Sequence record: SRR31156797_3989
Strand: one strand, 5' to 3'
Length of the DNA stretch: 38,011 nucleotides
Position numbers and translations under genes: made by a program. Shown piece after piece: positions 18,957-28,030 of this stretch; the first letter of the stretch is position 1, and the number at the start of each line of letters is the position of its first letter. Below the pieces are notes generated by a model. The model was not told where the DNA came from. It saw nothing but the letters and a program-made list of their open reading frames with translations, and searched no databases.

Positions 18957-21599
18957 ATGACAATCGCTAAAAAAGAGATTTTTCTCAAGGATTACAGTGC
19001 CCCCCATTACCTGTTTGAGGAGGTGCATCTCCGTTTCGAACTCGACCCCACAAATACCCGGGTGCATTCTCGGCTCGTATGTCGTCCCAATACTCATAAC
19101 AGCAGGCCGTTGCGGCTTAATGGTGAGCACCTGAAACTTGAAAAAGTAATGCTGGAAGGACGCACACTGCAGGAACAGGAATATACTTTTAGCGATGGAG
19201 TGCTGGAAATTTGCGAAGTACCGGAGCAGCTTTTTACACTTGAGATCGAAACACTCATTAACCCATCTGCCAATACAGCTCTTGAGGGATTGTATCTTTC
19301 TTCAGGTAACTATTGTACCCAGTGCGAGGCAGAGGGGTTTCGGCGTATTACCTGTTTCCCTGATCGTCCTGATGTGATGAGCGTTTTTACCACTACCATT
19401 GTCGCAGACAAAGCCGCCTGTCCTGTTCTGCTGTCTAACGGTAACCTGATCGAGTCCGGCACCCTTGAGGATGGACGACATTTTGCTACCTGGAATGATC
19501 CTTTTAAAAAACCGTCTTACCTTTTTGCTTTGGTAGCCGGGAACCTTGTTAGTATTGATGATGACTTCACAACTGTCAGTGGCCGTAAAATAGAATTACG
19601 AATTTTTGTTGAAGAGAGGAACAAGGAAAAGTGTGATCATGCCATGGCGTCTTTGAAAAAATCCATGCAATGGGATGAGCAGGCCTTTGGCAGGGAATAT
19701 GATCTTGATACTTTCATGATTGTTGCTGTGGATGATTTTAATATGGGAGCAATGGAAAATAAAGGATTGAACGTCTTTAATTCCAAGTATGTGTTAGCCA
19801 CTCCTGAAACGGCGACCGACAACGACTTCGACGGTATTGAAGGGGTTATCGGCCACGAATATTTCCATAACTGGACTGGCAACAGGATTACCTGCCGGGA
19901 TTGGTTTCAGCTGAGCCTTAAAGAAGGGTTGACAGTTTTCAGAGATCAGGAGTTTTCTTCGGACATGGGTTCACGAGCTGTCAAACGGATTCAGGATGTT
20001 AATATCATTCGCTCCCTACAGTTCAGAGAAGATGGGGGGCCCATGGCCCATCCTGTTCGGCCGGCTTCTTTTGTGGAGATCAATAATTTTTACACTCTAA
20101 CGGTATACAATAAGGGTGCAGAAGTTATTCGTATGATGCATACTTTTCTTGGTTCCCAGGGATTTAGAAAAGGTATGGACCTGTATTTTGAACGCCATGA
20201 CGGGCAGGCCGTAACCTGTGATGATTTTGTCCAGGCCATGGCAGATGCCAATAGTTTTGATTTCAGTCAGTTTAAAAATTGGTACAGCCAGGCTGGTACC
20301 CCAAAACTGGTGGTTACCACGTCCTATGATGAGAAGGTAAAACGATTTACGGTCCATGTAGAACAATCTTGTCCTGCTACTCCGGAAGCCAAAGAAAAGA
20401 AACCTTTCTTTATGCCACTGAGTATTGGACTGCTCGACAAACAGGGTCAGATGCTGACTCCGCAGGCAGCTTCCGGCGGGGTCGCTGATGGAACAGGGAC
20501 AGTTGTACTGCAGTTGTCACAAGAAAAACAAGATTTTGTTTTTACCAACTTGGAGCAGAAACCGGTCCTCTCTTTTTTGAGGAATTTTTCAGCCCCGGTA
20601 CTCGTGGATTTCCAGCGGTCATCTGAAGAACTGGCTTTTCTCATGGCCCATGATTATGACCCTTTTAATCGTTGGGATGCAGCCCAGGAACTCAGTCTTT
20701 CCTGTATTCTTGAGGAGATAAAAGTATATAGTCCGGAAAAAGAGGTAAGCGTTGCTCCTGTGCTTATCGATGGAATGAGGTCGCTTCTGGAAGATACCTC
20801 AAGTGATCCTGCATTACTTGCCATGGCCTTGATGCTGCCATCGGAAAATTGGATAAGCCAGCAATTGGAGGTTGTCGATCCGGTCACTGTCTTCACCGTG
20901 CGTAATCAATTTCGTGAGCAGATTGCCAGGGAACTCGCTTCGCAGTTTGAGAAACGGTATACATTGCTGCAAATCGATGCTCGGTATCAATATGCACCCA
21001 GGCAAGTCGGGGAGAGGGCATTGAAAAATTGTTGTCTTGGCTACCTCCTGGCAAACAAGACGGCTGGAAAAATTAATATCGGCCTGGACCAATATAGCTC
21101 AAGTGATAACATGACCGATACCATTGCCGCCCTGCAAAGCGTAGTCAACTCGGATCAGAAGCAGGGGGAGAAACTGCTGGCCGATTTTTATGATAAATGG
21201 CACCAGGATCCCCTGGTCATGGACAAGTGGCTTATACTACAGGCTACCAGCATTTTACCGGGAACTCTGGAACGGGTGCGTGACCTGATGAAGCATGAGG
21301 TCTTCAGTCTCAAGAATCCTAACAAGGTACGGTCGCTGATAGGAGCCTTTTGCAGTGCTAATCATGCTCAATTTCATGCTGTGGACGGGAAGGGCTATTC
21401 TTTTCTTGGCGATGTTATTCTTGCCCTTGATCCGCTAAACCCTCAGATTGCAGCCCGACTTGCTACTCCTTTGACCCAGTGGCGTCGCTATGATGCGTCA
21501 AGGCAGGAATTGATTAAACAACAGCTCCATCGCCTCCAGGGCACCACGACTTTGTCAGGGGATGTGGGCGAAATCGTCAATCGCTCCTTACAGTTGTAA
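18957..21599 (+). CDS. pepN: Aminopeptidase N (M1)
   Basis: TQCEAEGFRRIT, GAMEN, HEYFH.WTGNR...LSLKEG and YNKGAEV, plus the C-terminal NPNKVRSL and NPQIAARL. Start ATG 18957 with AGGA upstream. Confidence 0.97.
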   Translation: MTIAKKEIFLKDYSAPHYLFEEVHLRFELDPTNTRVHSRLVCRPNTHNSRPLRLNGEHLKLEKVMLEGRTLQEQEYTFSDGVLEICEVPEQLFTLEIETLINPSANTALEGLYLSSGNYCTQCEAEGFRRITCFPDRPDVMSVFTTTIVADKAACPVLLSNGNLIESGTLEDGRHFATWNDPFKKPSYLFALVAGNLVSIDDDFTTVSGRKIELRIFVEERNKEKCDHAMASLKKSMQWDEQAFGREYDLDTFMIVAVDDFNMGAMENKGLNVFNSKYVLATPETATDNDFDGIEGVIGHEYFHNWTGNRITCRDWFQLSLKEGLTVFRDQEFSSDMGSRAVKRIQDVNIIRSLQFREDGGPMAHPVRPASFVEINNFYTLTVYNKGAEVIRMMHTFLGSQGFRKGMDLYFERHDGQAVTCDDFVQAMADANSFDFSQFKNWYSQAGTPKLVVTTSYDEKVKRFTVHVEQSCPATPEAKEKKPFFMPLSIGLLDKQGQMLTPQAASGGVADGTGTVVLQLSQEKQDFVFTNLEQKPVLSFLRNFSAPVLVDFQRSSEELAFLMAHDYDPFNRWDAAQELSLSCILEEIKVYSPEKEVSVAPVLIDGMRSLLEDTSSDPALLAMALMLPSENWISQQLEVVDPVTVFTVRNQFREQIARELASQFEKRYTLLQIDARYQYAPRQVGERALKNCCLGYLLANKTAGKINIGLDQYSSSDNMTDTIAALQSVVNSDQKQGEKLLADFYDKWHQDPLVMDKWLILQATSILPGTLERVRDLMKHEVFSLKNPNKVRSLIGAFCSANHAQFHAVDGKGYSFLGDVILALDPLNPQIAARLATPLTQWRRYDASRQELIKQQLHRLQGTTTLSGDVGEIVNRSLQL

Positions 21600-21616
21600 G
21601 AAAGGTAAGTGTTTTA

Positions 21617-22165
21617 ATGGAATATCGCTCTACCACCCTTACCCAGCAGCAATTGGATAGTGCATTAAATGTGGCAGTCAGGCGTCCTCACAAGCATATT
21701 CACGCCGGTAGATTGGTTTTAACGCCAGAGGTGTTTCAGTCCCCGGACAGGGAGACCAATGTGATGATAAGTCGTTTTTCGCTGCTGGATTGCACCGGCT
21801 CCATCCAAGTGGGGGCATGGTCTAATATTGGTGCCAGGGTAAGGGTCTATACCCATGATCACATTCATTTGGGGAAAAGTCCATTGCTGACTGTGGAAGA
21901 GGAGCATGGTGTTATTTGGCAGGACAAAAAAATTGGGAATGATGTCTGGGTCCATGATGGGGCTATCATTCTCTACCAGGTTACCCATATACCCGATGGT
22001 GTTGTGGTGGGGGCCGGTTCGGTTTTGACTAAAAATCCTCAGCCCTGGGAGATTTGGGCTGGCAATCCTGCCCAGAAAGTAGGAGAGCGAAGGGATGTAA
22101 CGGATGCGGAAATACATTGTTTTCTTTCTAAAAAAAAATATCGATTGGAAGACGATGCGTCATAG
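21617..22165 (+). CDS. Hexapeptide-repeat (left-handed beta-helix) acyltransferase
   Basis: IGARVRVYTHDH, IGNDVWV, VVVGAGSVLTK and WAGNPA. Confidence 0.85.
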   Translation: MEYRSTTLTQQQLDSALNVAVRRPHKHIHAGRLVLTPEVFQSPDRETNVMISRFSLLDCTGSIQVGAWSNIGARVRVYTHDHIHLGKSPLLTVEEEHGVIWQDKKIGNDVWVHDGAIILYQVTHIPDGVVVGAGSVLTKNPQPWEIWAGNPAQKVGERRDVTDAEIHCFLSKKKYRLEDDAS

Positions 22166-22207
22166 TTCAGTTGATACTAATACACTCAATCAAGGAGAAT
22201 AGACAAA

Positions 22208-22870
22208 ATGTCCCTTTTACCAGCCATAGAGCAAACTACCGGTCCTAACCCTGATGCCGCAATAATATGGCTCCATGGGCTTGGTGCCGACGGCAATGAT
22301 TTTGCGCCAATCGTCCCCGAACTGCGTCTCCCTCCAGAATTGGAAATCAAATTCATTTTTCCTCATGCGCCACAGATTCCCGTAACAGTGAATAACGGAT
22401 ATGTGATGCCCGCCTGGTTTGACATCTTTGAAATGGACATCAACAGGAAAGTGGACACTGCTCAGCTGATGGCTTCTGCCGAGAAGGTGAGAGGATTCGT
22501 TGACGCTGAAATAGCAAACGGGATTGCCAGTGAACGGATTTTGTTGGCAGGGTTTTCCCAGGGGGGCGCGGTTGCCTATCAGCTGGCCTTGAGCTACCCT
22601 GAACCACTGGGCGGCCTGTTGGCAATGTCCACTTATTTTGCCACCAGTGAGACCATTGAGCGAAATCAGGCAAATGCTGCCATTCCCATAGAGATTCAGC
22701 ATGGTACTCAGGATCCTGTTGTTCCTGAACCGTTAGGTATCAAGGCAGCAGAAGAACTCACTGCTCTGGGATACAACGTACAGTATAGAACGTATCCGAT
22801 GGAGCATAATGTTTGCCCGCAGCAGATTGGTCATATATCGAGCTGGCTGCAAGAGCGGCTAAGAGCTTAA
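22208..22870 (+). CDS. Carboxylesterase / phospholipase (alpha/beta hydrolase)
   Basis: WLHGLGADG.DF, FPHAP..PVTVN.G..MPAWFDI, GFSQGG, HG..D.VVP and YPMEH. AAGGAG RBS. Confidence 0.92.
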   Translation: MSLLPAIEQTTGPNPDAAIIWLHGLGADGNDFAPIVPELRLPPELEIKFIFPHAPQIPVTVNNGYVMPAWFDIFEMDINRKVDTAQLMASAEKVRGFVDAEIANGIASERILLAGFSQGGAVAYQLALSYPEPLGGLLAMSTYFATSETIERNQANAAIPIEIQHGTQDPVVPEPLGIKAAEELTALGYNVQYRTYPMEHNVCPQQIGHISSWLQERLRA

Positions 22871-23135
22871 AAAGAGTGGCCCAGTTCAGAGTATATGGTC
22901 AAGAGTGGTTCATTTAGTTGGCCATAGAATACCGTCAAAATAGCTATTACCTATAGTAACCTCGGTCCCTGAAGTTATCGCTTTAAGGCTGTATAGGTCT
23001 GTGGCTGGGGTTTGGTTAAGGAGCACCGGCAGACTTGTTTAAAATGCACCATTTTTCCCCTCGTCACTGAGGGCAGTAATGATTCGGTAGCCATAAGCGC
23101 TAAAAATAATATAATGTTAAAGGTGATGGTATTAG

Positions 23136-23151
23136 TGGCATGAAACCTGCA
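23136..23151 (+). promoter_or_regulatory. Sigma54 (-24/-12) promoter
   Basis: TGGCATGAAACCTGCA has exact GG-N10-GC spacing and matches TGGCAC-N5-TTGC. It is about 100 nt upstream of the OmpA-like gene in a 380-bp intergenic region. Confidence 0.72.
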
Positions 23152-23253
23152 AGGTTTTAATGTTTTGATTATTTTTCATTCATAGGATATCGTTAAGGAT
23201 GAGAGATTTTTTCTAACGTAGTCAAACTGTTAAACTAAAGGGAGGACGTATCA

Positions 23254-24186
23254 ATGAAAAAACGAAGTATAGTTATGAGTGTGGTGCTTGCGGCAGCAAT
23301 GAGTGTACCCGCTTTTGCCATTCAGCTTCCTGCTGATGCAACCGGTATGCCGTCAAGTTATGCAACGGTAAATAGTGGTAACGTTAATTTTGGGTCTGCT
23401 TGCACGGCCTACCCATCTTCTGTTTTTAATGCAGTTTTGGGGTCTTATGGGCTTGCATTGTCACCGGAAAATGCAGCTGTGGTACCTTCGACTTATGCTA
23501 AGGTAATGGATGGTAAAGTGAGCTTTAACTCAACCGCCATGGCCTATTCGCCGAAGAAATATCATCAGATCCTGACAGCCTATGGCCTGGTGCTTACTCC
23601 TGAAGGAGCTGCAACCATAGTAAAAACAAATTATTGCAGGGTAGTCGATGGCAAAATAGTGTTTGGTAAAGATGCTATGCTTTATAGCGGCTCAAAATGG
23701 AATCAGATTCTGGGAGCCTACACGCTTCCTGCAGGGGTTACTATTGTTGAAACAGACTGCATCGACTCCGATGGGGATACTGTCTGTGATGAAATTGATG
23801 CATGTGCAGGGACCCCAAAGGGTGTGAAAGTCGACGAAAGAGGTTGTTGGGTACTTGAGCAGACCTACCTGTTTGATTTTGATAAGGCGGAACTCAAGCC
23901 GGAATTCATGCCATTGTTGGACGAGGTTGCAGGAGTAGTAAACAATAATCCGAAGATGAATCTCCAGATTGAAGGACACACCGACTCTGTAGGTTCAGAT
24001 GAGTACAACCAAAAGCTCTCAGAAAGGCGAGCTGGTGCCATAAAGCAAGCCCTTGCCACTACCTATAAGATTGACCCTGTGCGGTTAAAAAGTGTTGGCT
24101 TTGGAGAGACGAAACCTATTGTCAGTAATGCCACAGCGGAAGGCCGCGCTAAAAACAGAAGAGTGCAGTTAACTCCTCTTTGGTAA
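23254..24186 (+). CDS. Exported OmpA-C-terminal-domain (peptidoglycan-binding) protein with N-terminal triple repeat
   Basis: Signal peptide ending in AFA, three ~45-aa repeats, an OprF/TSP3-like linker (DSDGDTVCDEIDACAGTP.G..VD.RGC), then FDFDKA, IEGHTDS.GS..YN..LS.RRA and N.T.EGRAKNRRV. GGAGG RBS. Confidence 0.92.
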   Translation: MKKRSIVMSVVLAAAMSVPAFAIQLPADATGMPSSYATVNSGNVNFGSACTAYPSSVFNAVLGSYGLALSPENAAVVPSTYAKVMDGKVSFNSTAMAYSPKKYHQILTAYGLVLTPEGAATIVKTNYCRVVDGKIVFGKDAMLYSGSKWNQILGAYTLPAGVTIVETDCIDSDGDTVCDEIDACAGTPKGVKVDERGCWVLEQTYLFDFDKAELKPEFMPLLDEVAGVVNNNPKMNLQIEGHTDSVGSDEYNQKLSERRAGAIKQALATTYKIDPVRLKSVGFGETKPIVSNATAEGRAKNRRVQLTPLW

Positions 24187-24250
24187 AACATTTCGTTGTT
24201 ATTATGAGTAGGTAAGTGGATTGCTAGAATCTGTCTGTTTACCTTATTTA

Positions 24251-24306
24251 GAAAGGAGGGGGAAGCAAACACTTAGAGTATTATCTGAGGGAGTCTCCCT
24301 CCTTTC
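24251..24306. terminator. Long stem-loop between convergent genes
   Basis: GAAAGGAGGG ... CCCTCCTTTC form a perfect 10-bp outer stem, with inner CTTAGA/TCTGAG pairing. Confidence 0.5.
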
Positions 24307-24449
24307 ATTTGCACTGGTTAACAGGGGATATCTATTACTTTGTTCTCCGCTGCCTGACGATCCTGATTTTGTTGCGTCCATAATTCTTGCAAAGGATATG
24401 AGATCCAAACTATTTTGAGGGTTTGTCTGGTCAAATTATACTGCTCCAG

Positions 24450-25625
24450 CTAAAGCAGCCCTGCAAGGTGATTGGCAGCATTCACTGCTCCGTTGAGGTT
24501 TATTTGAAAAGTGGTGGCATATTGCTCATGCCCTCGTTTCAGTTGCTGCACAAGCAGGGAGTGGAGTTTGTCTGTTTGTAAAGCGTTTTCTGACACAGAA
24601 ACCAGGAAGTCTTGAGTGAAGCGTGATAACTGGCGGAGGTGTTGTTGCTGTTCGTCATCCTGCATGCCTCTCTCCAGAACGACGGTGGGTACCTTTGCAT
24701 GCAGCACATCGGTGATGGAGTTGTAACCTCCGAATATGATCGCTGCCCGTGAGCGAGCCAAATCCTGGTGGTACGATGGCCCAAAGGACTTAATTCTACA
24801 GTTCGGAAGGTTGTTTAGTTTTGTTGCGGAAATCGCTGTACTTCTGCTTTTATATTCTTTGGGCAAGTAAATAATCCACTGGCCGTATTCATTGCTTACC
24901 TGATCCAGCACTTCACCCACTACCCTGATCAACCTTTTTGAGCTTTCCCCAAACCAAGGGATGGCAAGAGTACCCGCATAGATAGTGGGTGCGCATGGAG
25001 AAGGGTTGGAAGCATCAAGCTCTGCCATTCGCGACACATAGCCAGCCTCAAAGGGCTTGGTCTTAAATATATCTGCCAGCTGTTGGCAATGTTGATTACC
25101 AAGGACCTGGCTGTCTCCATACCATAGAAGAGCTTGGTAGTAGCGATGAAATACCTCTGTGGGGAGCGGAGCCTTAACCTGACGCACATTACCGACAACG
25201 CCCCGTATCCCAAGCACCCACCTGGTATCGGTTTTGAAAGAGTCTTCCAGTGCAGGAAGCAGTTCCTTGTGTTTACCCTGAGGGGAGTGATCGGCAACCA
25301 CCAGACGAGGGCGATAGAGTGAAAGCACCTGTTGAAGCATGGTTGCTCGTAGTTCCCCAAGTTGTTTGTCGGAGAAATTTGATTTACCGTGGATACCCTT
25401 GGATTTACCACCCTGTACCATTGTTTCGTAACCAGGCAGCTTAATCCAATCCAGGGGGGCATTGCCCCGCAGCTCTTGCGTATGCGGGGTGCCGGATATC
25501 AAAAGTACTTTTAGCTCGGGATGGAGTCTGCGCAGGGCCATGCCAATGGCAATACTCCTGCTGGCGTGGCCAATCCCCCTGCCATCATGGCAGTATAAGA
25601 GTATGTCAAGTCGTGAGGTAGTCAT
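24450..25625 (-). CDS. Predicted GT-B glycosyltransferase (GT28-like)
   Basis: LYCHDGRGIGHASR N-terminal motif, WIKLP, VVADHSP.G...EL and GGYNSITD...VP...R..EQ. Confidence 0.8.
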   Translation of the reverse strand: MTTSRLDILLYCHDGRGIGHASRSIAIGMALRRLHPELKVLLISGTPHTQELRGNAPLDWIKLPGYETMVQGGKSKGIHGKSNFSDKQLGELRATMLQQVLSLYRPRLVVADHSPQGKHKELLPALEDSFKTDTRWVLGIRGVVGNVRQVKAPLPTEVFHRYYQALLWYGDSQVLGNQHCQQLADIFKTKPFEAGYVSRMAELDASNPSPCAPTIYAGTLAIPWFGESSKRLIRVVGEVLDQVSNEYGQWIIYLPKEYKSRSTAISATKLNNLPNCRIKSFGPSYHQDLARSRAAIIFGGYNSITDVLHAKVPTVVLERGMQDDEQQQHLRQLSRFTQDFLVSVSENALQTDKLHSLLVQQLKRGHEQYATTFQINLNGAVNAANHLAGLL

Positions 25626-25830
25626 CTGCAGGGGCCTCGCCTAGGAGCTCTGTCACTTTTCTATTGCATCTCTTACCGCCGCAACTGCCGTCACCAATGT
25701 TGGCGATGGCGGCGACTTCTTCAAAGGTTTTGGCTCCGTTTTCAATAGCCTCTACCAGTTTAATCAATTTAACTCCTTTACAGATACAACCGGGCTTAAG
25801 GCGAGCCATCATTTTTTCATCAGGTTTCAT
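25606..25830 (-). CDS. Bfd-like [2Fe-2S]-binding small protein
   Basis: CIC ... AI.NGA.T.EEV ... G.GSCGGKRC. Likely start ATG 25830, overlapping the uvrC stop. Confidence 0.82.
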   Translation of the reverse strand: MKPDEKMMARLKPGCICKGVKLIKLVEAIENGAKTFEEVAAIANIGDGSCGGKRCNRKVTELLGEAPADDYLTT

Positions 25831-27679
25831 TGGCAGGACCGTGGAGTTGGTTGAAAATGGCATGAGCCAGATCCGGGCCAATGCCGGGTACTGTTTCAAG
25901 ATCTGTCTTTTCAGCGGCCATAACACGTTTGGCGCTGCCAAAATGTTTGATCAGATTTTTCCTACGCTTTTCACCGATACCGTGCAGGTCGTCGAGACGT
26001 GAGCGCAGTGTCTCTTTATTGCGAAGCTTTCTGTGAAAGGTAATACCAAAGCGATGGGATTCGTCGCGGATTCGCATAAGATAGAGCAGGGCAGGGGCAT
26101 TAGGAGGCAGCAAGATAGGGTTTTTACGGCCGGGACGAAATAATTTTTCTCCCTCTTCTCCTTTTTCTTTGGCAATGGCAACCAGGTCCACGGAACCGAG
26201 CAGTTTTTGCTGTTCCAGTACATCACAGGCTTTAGCAAGTTGTCCTTTACCACCGTCCAGAAGCAGCATGTCCGGCAGCTTTCTCCGTTTGTCACCGGGC
26301 TCAAATCTACGCTGTAGGACTTCTTCCATCATTGCGTAATCATCTGGTGTGTCAAGGCTGCGTATACGGTAGTGGCGAAAGTTCCTTGTGTCTTTTTCTC
26401 CATCGGTAAAACAGACCAGTGAGCCGACTGCCTGTTTTCCCTGGAGGTTCGATATATCAAGACACTCTATGGTTTGAGGCACATTTTTAAGGTGCAGCTT
26501 TTTTTGCAGGTTTGCTGCAAGGGTATTCCAGGACTTCTCCTTTTGTGCCTGTTCGGAGAACAACTTTTCAGCATTGCTGGCCGCCATCTGCATGAGTTGC
26601 ATTCGTTTACCCCGTTGGGGAACATATAGGGTGACGACAGAACCGCGTAAATCAATGAGATGATCCAGGACCAGTTCTTTGTCCTCAATTTCGAAAGGGA
26701 GCAGGATTTCTCGTGGAGGCATTCGCTGCTGGGAGTAAAACTGGAGCATTGCTTCGGTTAGGATACCACGATCATCACCAAGGGGATCAGGAATGAAAAA
26801 CGTTTGTACTCCTGTAATGATACCTGCGCGAACAAAGAGCAGGGCAAGACCAACAGCAGCATTTTGTCTGTAAAAACCGTAAATGTCCTGATCGATATGA
26901 TGGTCGGCAACCACTGCCTGGTGTTCTATAGTTCGTTGAAGGGCATGGAGTTGATCCCGGAAAGCGGCAGCTTTTTCAAACTGCAGTTCAGCTGACGCCT
27001 CCTTCATTTTTTTTTGTAAATTAGCTGCGACACCATCGGCCTTGCCTTCAAGTATCTGCAATACCGCAGCCACAGACTGCATGTATTGATCATGGGAGAT
27101 TTTTCCAGCACAGGGAGCGAGACAGCGGCCCATTTGAAAATTGAGACAGGCCCGTTCCCTTTCCCTGAATTTTTTACAGCGTCGTAAGGGAAAGAGCGTA
27201 TAGAGTAATTTAAGGGTTGAGCGCATTGCTGAAGTTGCAGCATATGGCCCGAAATACCGATTCCCGTCACGCAGTCTTTTTCGGGTTATGTTGATGCGGG
27301 GCCACATCTCTCCCGTTGATACCATGATGAGTGGATAGTTTTTGTCATCGCGGAGAATGACATTATAGCGCGGTCGGTGCTTTTTTATGAGAGAAGCTTC
27401 CAGTATAAGTGCTTCTTTTTCAGTGGTGGTAAGGATGGTATCTGCTCTTCGCACATGGGAGAGCATGACAGCAGTTTTGGAATGGGGTGGCCCCGAAAAA
27501 TGAGCATATTGTGAGAGTCTTTTACGCAGGTTTAATGCTTTACCTACGTACAGTACCTCACTTTTGCCAAGCATCTGGTACACCCCTGGACCTGTGCTGA
27601 CGGTTGCAAGGAAATCACTGGAAAGCGGGACATCTTTTTCCAGTGATTTTGCAGAATCATCAGGGCTTGATATAGGCAT
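25820..27679 (-). CDS. uvrC: Excinuclease ABC subunit C
   Basis: GIY-YIG domain (PGVYQM..YVGKA.NLRKR, EA.LIK.H.PRYN), Cys cluster, UVR domain (FEKAA.FRD), IECLDISN, DDYAMM, PD.LLLDGGKGQL, RDESHRF and HhH repeats. Start ATG 27679 with AAGGA upstream. Confidence 0.97.
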   Translation of the reverse strand: MPISSPDDSAKSLEKDVPLSSDFLATVSTGPGVYQMLGKSEVLYVGKALNLRKRLSQYAHFSGPPHSKTAVMLSHVRRADTILTTTEKEALILEASLIKKHRPRYNVILRDDKNYPLIMVSTGEMWPRINITRKRLRDGNRYFGPYAATSAMRSTLKLLYTLFPLRRCKKFRERERACLNFQMGRCLAPCAGKISHDQYMQSVAAVLQILEGKADGVAANLQKKMKEASAELQFEKAAAFRDQLHALQRTIEHQAVVADHHIDQDIYGFYRQNAAVGLALLFVRAGIITGVQTFFIPDPLGDDRGILTEAMLQFYSQQRMPPREILLPFEIEDKELVLDHLIDLRGSVVTLYVPQRGKRMQLMQMAASNAEKLFSEQAQKEKSWNTLAANLQKKLHLKNVPQTIECLDISNLQGKQAVGSLVCFTDGEKDTRNFRHYRIRSLDTPDDYAMMEEVLQRRFEPGDKRRKLPDMLLLDGGKGQLAKACDVLEQQKLLGSVDLVAIAKEKGEEGEKLFRPGRKNPILLPPNAPALLYLMRIRDESHRFGITFHRKLRNKETLRSRLDDLHGIGEKRRKNLIKHFGSAKRVMAAEKTDLETVPGIGPDLAHAIFNQLHGPANET

Positions 27680-28010
27680 ATCCTTCTTTTTGTAACTCAA
27701 TAAGGGTAACAATGCCAGCAGGAACTATCTCGCAATCAGGGACCAGTTCTTCCTGCTGTATTTCAAAATTTGTCAGGGCAAGGTTGCAGACTTCAAAGGC
27801 AACAGCTTTTTTCTGCAGTTCGATAATTTTAGTCGCATTGTTGACACAGTTTTTTTCAACAAGTGCATTTACTGCTGGCCCGTTAAACAGCATTACCAAG
27901 TCGTGAGGTTGACTCTGTATTGTTTTGAGCAGGTTTGTAACATTAACCAGTCCAATCGTGAGTGCTTTTTCATCATCCATATCGATATGGAAAACAGCTT
28001 TATAAATCAT
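27660..28010 (-). CDS. DsrE/DsrF-like family protein
   Basis: KAVFHID, N..NLL, NGPAV, F.VCN.AL and VPAGIV.LIELQ.EGYAYIKP. GGAGG RBS. Confidence 0.87.
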   Translation of the reverse strand: MIYKAVFHIDMDDEKALTIGLVNVTNLLKTIQSQPHDLVMLFNGPAVNALVEKNCVNNATKIIELQKKAVAFEVCNLALTNFEIQQEELVPDCEIVPAGIVTLIELQKEGYAYIKP

Positions 28011-28030
28011 GTTGCCTCCTTTGTGGATTG

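Noticed and set aside
24221-24418. 65-aa TTG-start ORF in the ompA-glycosyltransferase gap
   Set aside because: No recognisable motif, weak start, and it runs through a stem-loop.
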